Assembly: GCA_964586395.1 (NCBI GenBank) | Contig: CAZPGP010000001.1 | Coordinates: 1,865 to 65,864, forward strand | DNA from: an uncultured Candidatus Saccharibacteria bacterium | Lineage (GTDB): Bacteria > Patescibacteriota > Saccharimonadia > Saccharimonadales > EFPC-124 | Length of the DNA: 64,000 bases | Direction: 5' to 3' | In this document: piece by piece, positions 17,347 through 24,643 of the stretch | How positions within the stretch are numbered: position 1 is the stretch's first letter | How the letters are laid out: each line of letters begins with the position of its first letter | Made by a program: the position numbers and the translations under genes | The notes under the pieces: model-generated | The model's input: only the letters and a program-made list of their open reading frames with translations | Told to the model about the DNA's origin: nothing | The model's database searches: none

Positions 17347-18654
17347 CTACGGCGTCAGGCGGTTGATGTCGCGTGGGAAGAGTGTGGCTTCCTTGACGTT
17401 GCCGAGGCCGATAGTCTTTTGAACCAAGCGGTCGACGCCGAAGCCGCAGCCGCCGTGTTGAGGGAGGCCGTATTTGAAGGCTTGCAGATAATATTTGAAA
17501 CCTTCGTGGGTTACGTCCAGTCCAGCCTTGGTCATCTGTTGGATCATCTTCTCGTAGTTGTTTTCGCGGAGTGGGACGGTGGCGATTTCGAGGCCACGGA
17601 ACAGCAGGTCACCCCAAGCAACAGTGCCGTCGTCCTTGAATTTGTGGTAGAACTTACCGGCTTCGGCTGGGAAGTCGACGGCAAACACGAGGTCGCTGCC
17701 GAGTTGCTTGCGAGCGTGCTCAGAAATCCATCGCTCTTCATCAGGCGTCAGGTCTTTCTCGTTGAGTGTGTTGTTCTTTGTCGCCTTGGTGTACATTTCG
17801 TGGATTTCGGTGATGGTGAAGCGTGGAACTTGGCCTTCAGGCAATTTAAGTTCAGGCGCGTTCAGCGTCTTGAGGTCATCGCGATGCTCTTCGTAGACCT
17901 GCAGCAGCGCATACTGAGTCATGTCGGCGACGGTATCGAGGACTTCGTCGTGGTCTTTTACAAATCCCATCTCGATGTCGAGCATGGTGAGCTCAGTCAG
18001 GTGGCGAGTGGTCGCGCTTGGCTCAGCGCGATAGCTGTGGTTGATCTCGAAAACACGCTCAAAGGCACCCACCATGATCTGCTTGTAGAACTGCGGGCTC
18101 TGCGCCAGCGTTGCGGTCTTGCCGAAATAATCGAGCTTGAAGACTTCTGCACCACCTTCGGTTGCTTCAGCGAGAAGCTTCGGCGTGTCGATCTCAACGA
18201 ATTCGTTCTTGTACAGGAATTCACGCAGATAACGAGTTAGGCTGGCACGAATGCGAAAGATCTTCTGCTCATTCAGGTTGCGAATGTTCAGGACACGGTA
18301 CTCGAATAGTGTGTCGAGGTTCTCGGCTTTGTGCTGAATTGGCTTGTCGATCTCGATAGGCGGCTCGTCGGTGACGGGAACTTCCACGGTGATAGTCACG
18401 TCGTGCAGCTCAGCGCCACCCGGGGCGCGCTCGTCCTCAACAACAGTGCCTTCAAATTTCAGCACGGTACCGATCTGTAGGCCGCGGAGCTTCTCCAGCT
18501 CGTCCTTATTCTCGACCAAAGCCTGAGCAATACCGCTGCGATCGCGGATGGTCAGGAAGTTAAGTCCGCCCAGAAGGCGTTTTTTGTGCAGCCAGCCGTG
18601 AAGCATCACGGTCTGGCCAACTGATGACTTGAGGTCTTTGGTCAGAGTTCTCAT
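17347..18654 (-). CDS. Class IIb aminoacyl-tRNA synthetase, short archaeal/eukaryal-type (aspartate--tRNA ligase or asparagine--tRNA ligase)
   Basis: N-terminal OB anticodon-binding fold; motif 2 YRAEPSATTRHLTELTMLD; motif 3 GGCGFGVDRLV. The 435-aa length rules out the bacterial-type long AspRS. Confidence 0.8.
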   Translation of the reverse strand: MRTLTKDLKSSVGQTVMLHGWLHKKRLLGGLNFLTIRDRSGIAQALVENKDELEKLRGLQIGTVLKFEGTVVEDERAPGGAELHDVTITVEVPVTDEPPIEIDKPIQHKAENLDTLFEYRVLNIRNLNEQKIFRIRASLTRYLREFLYKNEFVEIDTPKLLAEATEGGAEVFKLDYFGKTATLAQSPQFYKQIMVGAFERVFEINHSYRAEPSATTRHLTELTMLDIEMGFVKDHDEVLDTVADMTQYALLQVYEEHRDDLKTLNAPELKLPEGQVPRFTITEIHEMYTKATKNNTLNEKDLTPDEERWISEHARKQLGSDLVFAVDFPAEAGKFYHKFKDDGTVAWGDLLFRGLEIATVPLRENNYEKMIQQMTKAGLDVTHEGFKYYLQAFKYGLPQHGGCGFGVDRLVQKTIGLGNVKEATLFPRDINRLTP

Positions 18655-18747
18655 TGATTAACCTTATAAAAAAATTACTACATCTAGAATAATCTGTTGC
18701 ACCCCAGTTGCGCAAGCAGAAGCATTTCGTTCGTCGGATTAGGTCAA

Positions 18748-19038
18748 CTAGGCGTTGACGACCATGTAGACCAAAACGGCGATAACCACGACGGCTACGA
18801 CCATCACGGCGATAACGAGGCCCTTGCGAGAACCTGGCGTGTGAACGGTTGCAGCTGGTTGCTGAAGTGGTGTTGGCGCGGTTGGACCGCCCGCTGGGTC
18901 AAAAGGCGATGGAGCTGCTGGCTGCGGAGCCGCGGCTGGTGGAGGTGTCGTTGGAGTTGGCGTTGGCCCAGGAACGCCAGGCTGAGGTGCTGCGCCTGGG
19001 GTTGGAGTTGGATTCTGTGGATTATTATCTGGGTTCAT
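18748..19038 (-). CDS. Pro-rich, tail-anchored small protein (hypothetical)
   Basis: PTPTP/PAAAP low complexity plus a C-terminal TM segment. No clear Shine-Dalgarno. Confidence 0.3.
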   Translation of the reverse strand: MNPDNNPQNPTPTPGAAPQPGVPGPTPTPTTPPPAAAPQPAAPSPFDPAGGPTAPTPLQQPAATVHTPGSRKGLVIAVMVVAVVVIAVLVYMVVNA

Positions 19039-19097
19039 AGGAAGATTTCTCTTTTACGCTTATGGTAATCCTATAATTACGCAGAAGCGATCGAGCG

Positions 19098-20117
19098 TCA
19101 AGCGTCGGTACCCTTGCGTGCTTTGCGACGTTCGTCGGCGGCGAGCTTGGCGACCGCGCGGAGGTCTTCGTACTGATCAAACTCGTCGACAATCTTGCGG
19201 CCAATGATTGTTTCGAGCACGTCCTCGATACTGACGACGCCCATTACTTCCTCAAACTCATTCACAACCATGAACAAGTGGTGCTTTGTGCGGAGGAACG
19301 CTTGCAGCACGTGGTCGAGCGATTTCTCTTGGTGGACATAGAATACTTTGGGGTTCATGACGTTGCTCACCTTCTTGCTCTTGGGGTCGAGCGGCACGAG
19401 GTCGTGCATGTATAGCACGCCCTTGATGTGATCGAGGTCGCCCTCGATAACCGGAAAGCGTGAATGACCGGACTTGTGCAGGCGATCAAGAAGCAGCGGC
19501 CCCATAGTCTCATCCGCCTCAACGGTCACAACAACCGAGCGCGGAATCATAATGTCGCGGACCAGCATACCCTGATAGAGCAGCGCTTGGCGCATCAGAA
19601 GCTTCTCGTCTTTATCCAACACGTCCCGGTCACGATCGATCTCGGCCAGTAGTTCGTCCTTAGAGTAGAAACCCGCAGTATCTGTCCCTCCCAGGAGCCG
19701 GTTATCCGACAATAGCTGCAGGACAGGGCGAAGTGTGTGAGCCGCACGCAGAAATTGCGCCTCATAGCGCAGACTCAACTGCTCGGCCTGCTTGGCCAGC
19801 CATTGCTGCGTACTAATCAGCTCAACCAGCAGCAGCCAGACGAGCGCCATAATAATCGCAACCACAAAATTGTGTGACGCAGCCAGTACGACCACAATAA
19901 TAATGCTGAGTAGCAGCACGACCACTCGACGGAATGCGTCCAGCAATGGGCGCATCTCACGGAACTGCGCCTCTAGCTTGGCGTTATCATCGCCTGCCTT
20001 GATTCGTCGCTCAAGTTCAAAATCAGTCAGTTCGCTGCTCGCAAATCGCAAACTCTTCAGCCCGGCCGCAGCAGCAGCCAGTACGAGCACAATCAATTGA
20101 ATAATAACCTCTACCAT
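19098..20117 (-). CDS. CNNM/HlyC/CorC-family protein (DUF21 membrane domain plus a CBS pair)
   Basis: Four TM segments at the N-terminus, then tandem CBS motifs (VRDIMIPRSVVVTV....GHSRFPV..GDLDHIKGVLYMHDL). Confidence 0.7.
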   Translation of the reverse strand: MVEVIIQLIVLVLAAAAAGLKSLRFASSELTDFELERRIKAGDDNAKLEAQFREMRPLLDAFRRVVVLLLSIIIVVVLAASHNFVVAIIMALVWLLLVELISTQQWLAKQAEQLSLRYEAQFLRAAHTLRPVLQLLSDNRLLGGTDTAGFYSKDELLAEIDRDRDVLDKDEKLLMRQALLYQGMLVRDIMIPRSVVVTVEADETMGPLLLDRLHKSGHSRFPVIEGDLDHIKGVLYMHDLVPLDPKSKKVSNVMNPKVFYVHQEKSLDHVLQAFLRTKHHLFMVVNEFEEVMGVVSIEDVLETIIGRKIVDEFDQYEDLRAVAKLAADERRKARKGTDA

Positions 20118-20232
20118 ATTGTCTCCTATTCTAGCAGGAATTCGGGCGGACAGGCGTGCTGCACCTCAATTCTGTCTCAGTATTTACGTTTTTATGTAAA
20201 AGACCATAAAACTACGTTATTATAAAGAGGTT

Positions 20233-20919
20233 ATGACAAAAACGAGATGGATTATATTTGCACTGCTGTGCCTAGGTATTTTGGGCCTGATTATTATTAC
20301 TAATAAGAACGATTCGAGCTCCTCCTACAACGGAGATGCAACTAAAGTCATTACGGACGGCCCGATTGCCGACCATGTCTTCGGCAGCAATGCCGGCAAG
20401 GTCGTGCTGGTTGAATACGCCGACTTTCAATGTCCTGGCTGTGAAAGCGCCTTCCCACTCATGAAGGAAATCAAGGAAAAATACAAAGACAACCTGACGT
20501 TCGTCTTCCGCAACTTACCGCTGACGACCATTCACCCGAACGCTCTGGCTGCAGCAACTGCCGCCGAAGCCGCCGGTCTACAGAACAAGTTCTTTGAATA
20601 TCACGATTTGCTGTACCAGAACCAGGCCCAGTGGAAGGACGCTCCTGTCAGCGACCGCACCAAGACATTCGAGTCGTATGCGTCGCAGCTCGGCATGGAC
20701 ACCAATAAATTCAAGACCGATCTCAAGAACCCCGACATCACTGCCAAGATTAATCGCGACCGCGCGACCGCCAGCAAGCAAGGCTTCAACTCAACTCCGA
20801 CACTGATGCTGAATGGCCAAAAGGTCTCCCAAGACGCTACGTTTGACAAGGCCAAGCTGACCCAACTTATCAACGACGAGTACGAAAAAGCCGGCATCAA
20901 ACCACCTGCCGCTGAATAG
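20233..20919 (+). CDS. DsbA-family thiol:disulfide oxidoreductase (membrane-anchored)
   Basis: Active-site motif FQCPGC in a thioredoxin-fold context; N-terminal anchor; good Shine-Dalgarno AAAGAGG. Confidence 0.75.
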   Translation: MTKTRWIIFALLCLGILGLIIITNKNDSSSSYNGDATKVITDGPIADHVFGSNAGKVVLVEYADFQCPGCESAFPLMKEIKEKYKDNLTFVFRNLPLTTIHPNALAAATAAEAAGLQNKFFEYHDLLYQNQAQWKDAPVSDRTKTFESYASQLGMDTNKFKTDLKNPDITAKINRDRATASKQGFNSTPTLMLNGQKVSQDATFDKAKLTQLINDEYEKAGIKPPAAE

Positions 20920-20937
20920 ACCTTGCCTCTGAGCATA

Positions 20938-20975
20938 GCAAAACCCCAGGGATCGAAATCTCTGGGGTTTTGACG
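20938..20975 (+). terminator. Rho-independent terminator (AAAACCCCAG...CTGGGGTTTT)
   Basis: Perfect 10-bp stem with a T-tract, immediately after dsbA. Confidence 0.6.
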
Positions 20976-21276
20976 TTGGATTGGGCTCGAGCTAGCCGGA
21001 GCTAGTCTTTCCAATCTCCTAGTGGGCTATGTAAAGTTGCCACTCGGCGGGAACGATTTCCACCTCAATACGCTTAGTCCTTGAAGGGACCTTGCGAATG
21101 TCAATGGGCATAGTAGGATATACTCCTTGTTTACTATTCGCGGCCGTTCGCTACGCGGCAAACACAAAGACAAATCTATCAAACCTTGGTTTTGGCGTCA
21201 ATCATAAGCACAATGAGTTGGCAAGGGATACGGGCAAAAAACTGTAGTAATTTTGTACCCTCATCATAAGAACAAT

Positions 21277-22533
21277 TTACGCCAATATAAGGGTCGCAAG
21301 ACCCAGAAATGCCAGGAATCCGAGTACATCCGTCGCTGTCGTGATGAAAATTGTCGCCGAGGCGGCCGGATCCTTACGAAGCTTCGACATAATCAACGGT
21401 ACGAGCGTACCGAATACCGCGGCAACAGCGAGGTTGATCACCATCGCGAGGGCCAAAATCAGCGCAATCTTCCAGTCGTGATCCTTCATCAGAACCACAA
21501 ATGCGACGATAAAGCCGTTAATCACACCGTTGATAAGTCCGGCGCCGACTTCGTTCTTCAGCGTCTTCCAGGCTGTATCTAACGAAATCTGTCGTAGCGC
21601 AATACCACGAACCAGTACGGCCAGTGTCTGCGTAGCCGCGTTGCCGCCCATTCCAGCCACAATAGGCATGTAGACCGCCAACAGGACATACTCAGAGATG
21701 ATTGCTTCGAACTGACCAACTGTGAATGCCGCCAGGAAGGCGGTGGCGAGGTTGATAATGAGCCATTTGTAGCGGAACTTAACCTTCTGCTTGACGCTGT
21801 CGGTCACACCCTCTTCGGCGCTCACGCCCGCGAAGTCGTACAGCGAAGCAGACTCACGTTCCTGCGCCAGCTTGAGCACGTCGTCGGAGTAGATGATACC
21901 CATCGGGTCGCCAGCTTCATTCATGACCGCAACCTTACTGTGCGGGTGAGTGCGGAAGGTGTGGACCACCTCGCTGTGTGGAGCGGCGTGTGAAATCCTT
22001 GGGATACGCCTAACATTACCGTCGATCGGCGCATGCGGTTCGCTGAATCCCAGCTCGTGTCCAGGCAGGAATCCCGTCAGCTTACCGTCCTTGAAGACGA
22101 GAATGACCGGCGGACGACCAGTTCGCTGCTCGTGATCACGGAACTTGCGGGCTACGCCAGCAACCGTCTCGTCGGCGTCGACCTGAATGTAGTCCAAGGT
22201 CATGAGACCGGCTGCTGTATCGGGGTCAAACTCGAGCAAAGTCGCCAGCGAGTTACGGACCTCGTCGCCCAACAGTATCAGCGTGCGTTCACGCTTACGC
22301 TTGCTTAGAAGCTGCAGCATGTCAGTGGCATCATCAGGCGCAATCGCCTCGAGTATGTCCACCAGATCTTGATCGGGAATGTGCATCAGAATCTCGTGTC
22401 GAATATGCGATGGCAGCTGGTGCAACATCGCAACTCGCTCGTGGAGCGGCAAGCCCATAAATACTTCGAGGCGCTTATCTTTGTGGAACAGAATGTCTTT
22501 GACTGAGTGTTTGGTAATTTCTGATGCTTTCAT
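21277..22533 (-). CDS. mgtE: Magnesium transporter MgtE
   Basis: MgtE N-domain, a CBS pair and five C-terminal TM segments, with conserved acidic residues in the TM domain. Confidence 0.85.
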   Translation of the reverse strand: MKASEITKHSVKDILFHKDKRLEVFMGLPLHERVAMLHQLPSHIRHEILMHIPDQDLVDILEAIAPDDATDMLQLLSKRKRERTLILLGDEVRNSLATLLEFDPDTAAGLMTLDYIQVDADETVAGVARKFRDHEQRTGRPPVILVFKDGKLTGFLPGHELGFSEPHAPIDGNVRRIPRISHAAPHSEVVHTFRTHPHSKVAVMNEAGDPMGIIYSDDVLKLAQERESASLYDFAGVSAEEGVTDSVKQKVKFRYKWLIINLATAFLAAFTVGQFEAIISEYVLLAVYMPIVAGMGGNAATQTLAVLVRGIALRQISLDTAWKTLKNEVGAGLINGVINGFIVAFVVLMKDHDWKIALILALAMVINLAVAAVFGTLVPLIMSKLRKDPAASATIFITTATDVLGFLAFLGLATLILA

Positions 22534-22553
22534 ATCTGTTTGATCTTAATTGA

Positions 22554-23483
22554 TTAGAATATCCGGCGTTTCCTGGCCACCAGCCACACCATCCACGACA
22601 GCCCAATGCTGAGTGGCAGGACAAAGAAATACGCCCACGGTTCATGCTGGAATGGCAGCGGAATGTTCATGCCGTACATCCCGTAGACGACGTTTGGCAG
22701 CGTGATGAGGACCGTGAAGGCGGTCAGAACTTTCATGCTTCGGTTCAGGTTGTTGGAGTTGATGGTCGAATAAGCTTCGCGAATGTTAATGATAGTTTTG
22801 ATGTTACTATTACAACTTTCAATCGACTGCTCGTTGTTCAGCAGTAAGTCCTCGACCAAGTCTTGGTCTTCTTCGTACAGTTGGATGTGCTTGCCAAGCA
22901 GCAGTCGGCGCAGGATAGCGGTGGTCGGCAACAGTGCGCTCAAGAACTCATTCAGCTCGTCCTCGATAAGCACGAAGTCCACAAAATCCTGGTTTCCAAT
23001 CTCATGGCCACGCAGGCGCGAACGGATGACTTTAGTCTGGCGGCTAATGTTGTTAATGAAAATCTCGTATTCGTCGACGATCTGAAACAGGATCTGTAGC
23101 ACGAGCTTGGCGCGCTGCGTTGTCGCAAACTCGACTTTACCAGTCAGGAAACGCTGCATGCGAGGAATCTCACCATGCGCGATCGTAATCAACAGGTCAG
23201 GACCAACGATAAACAGAAGTGGCGCGGTGGTTAGCTCTAAGTCGTCGTTGGTGTAGGCGTAACGCATGAAGATGTAGCTCTTGTCGCCCTCTTTCTCCAG
23301 GCGAGGCATCTCGTCTTCGTCCATTGCGTCTTCGAGGTGGCCCGGTTCGAGCTTGAAGCGTTTGATGAGGAAGGCAATCTCTTCTTCGGTCGGCTGCTGC
23401 ACGCAGACCCATGAACCGGGATGGTACTCATCCAGCTCACTGACCTGCTTGCTGCGTAGGTTTTTGTAGTAATACTTGATCAT
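22554..23483 (-). CDS. corA: CorA-family magnesium/cobalt transporter
   Basis: C-terminal MYGMNIPLPF motif (GMN signature) between two TM helices. Confidence 0.8.
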   Translation of the reverse strand: MIKYYYKNLRSKQVSELDEYHPGSWVCVQQPTEEEIAFLIKRFKLEPGHLEDAMDEDEMPRLEKEGDKSYIFMRYAYTNDDLELTTAPLLFIVGPDLLITIAHGEIPRMQRFLTGKVEFATTQRAKLVLQILFQIVDEYEIFINNISRQTKVIRSRLRGHEIGNQDFVDFVLIEDELNEFLSALLPTTAILRRLLLGKHIQLYEEDQDLVEDLLLNNEQSIESCNSNIKTIINIREAYSTINSNNLNRSMKVLTAFTVLITLPNVVYGMYGMNIPLPFQHEPWAYFFVLPLSIGLSWMVWLVARKRRIF

Positions 23484-23574
23484 TCGGCTTACGCTTTCTT
23501 TGTTTTCAGTATAGCACCAGGGAACGTCAGCGACGATAGCTCTTTGAGTCTACATATGGTTTAGTATAGGCACT

Positions 23575-23985
23575 ATGAACAAAGTTGATCCAAACCAAGG
23601 TGGGACCAAATCGATTTTCCAGGCCAAAAGAACAAGAGTGCTTTCCGCTTTGCTGGCCGTCTTAATATTGGGAACTCTAGCTTTTGGCCTCCCTTATACT
23701 GTGTCTGACGGAACGGAAAAATTTACCGGCAAGGAGGCCGGGGTGGCTAAGTGGGCAATTGGCGATGGGAGTTACGACGGCCCGTCTGTTGGCCCTATTC
23801 CTAATCCTACGGTCACCTTTAGGGCAAAAGTAACGAACGTCCAGAAGACTGACACGGAAAAGCGATGCAGCACAGCAAGCAGTATAGGCGATCCGGGGGT
23901 GGTCTATATAGTAGAGATCAGTAGAGTCACATTCTTCGGTATTTTGGCGCCTGGGTATTCAACTCCTTATTGCGTCGCTAATTGA
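23575..23985 (+). CDS. Small membrane-anchored extracytoplasmic protein (paralogue A)
   Basis: TM anchor plus a roughly 90-aa exterior with two Cys residues; similar to the next ORF. Confidence 0.45.
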   Translation: MNKVDPNQGGTKSIFQAKRTRVLSALLAVLILGTLAFGLPYTVSDGTEKFTGKEAGVAKWAIGDGSYDGPSVGPIPNPTVTFRAKVTNVQKTDTEKRCSTASSIGDPGVVYIVEISRVTFFGILAPGYSTPYCVAN

Positions 23986-24021
23986 TTGTTATTGAGTACT
24001 AATCATTAAAATGGTTTAATA

Positions 24022-24480
24022 GTGTCCACTATGACTAAATCGAATTCGAAATCAGGTGGATCTGACGACAACTTCCTTAAGACCCCAATGGGGAAGATTA
24101 GCCTCGTAGCAGCGGGGTTATTGGCTGTCGGGGTTTTACATTTTGTGGTCTTAACCATTATTGCGCCACTTGCTATGGGTGATGGCGTAAGCCGCTATTC
24201 AGGCGCCTCGAAAGAGGCAGCAAAGATGGCGATCGACAATACCTATTCCCTTATTGACAACAAAAGCCGCTGGGGCCATATCGTATATACAAATGACGTC
24301 CACGCCACGACAGATGCAGAAAAAGCTCAATATTGTACCGGCGATAGGGCACGCGTAGTTACCGACCCTAATGACCCTCACTTCTACACCGTGGTGGTCA
24401 ATATCAAACAGCTATTCACCTATAGCCAGGCCACAACCCAAATTCAGGCTGGCTGCTCAAGTTCCCCTGCTGCTTGGTAG
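24022..24480 (+). CDS. Small membrane-anchored extracytoplasmic protein (paralogue B)
   Basis: Same architecture and shared local patterns with the upstream gene (G.SKEAAKMAID..Y...; TD.EK..C). Confidence 0.45.
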   Translation: MSTMTKSNSKSGGSDDNFLKTPMGKISLVAAGLLAVGVLHFVVLTIIAPLAMGDGVSRYSGASKEAAKMAIDNTYSLIDNKSRWGHIVYTNDVHATTDAEKAQYCTGDRARVVTDPNDPHFYTVVVNIKQLFTYSQATTQIQAGCSSSPAAW

Positions 24481-24643
24481 TAGACCTAGCAAATCTACTA
24501 GTGCTTGCAATTAGGACCATCTATTGTCATAATCCGCCCACGCCATTTGGCTGACCGCCGATGGTAAGCGGAGATGACCGTAAGACCCAAAAGGGCTGAT
24601 CGACGCTCCGAGCACCTTTCGACCTAGCTGAAGGGATACCGTC

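Noticed and set aside
17419-18240. A 273-aa plus-strand ORF overlapping the aminoacyl-tRNA synthetase gene
   Set aside because: Antisense to a gene with unmistakable class II motifs. No RBS.
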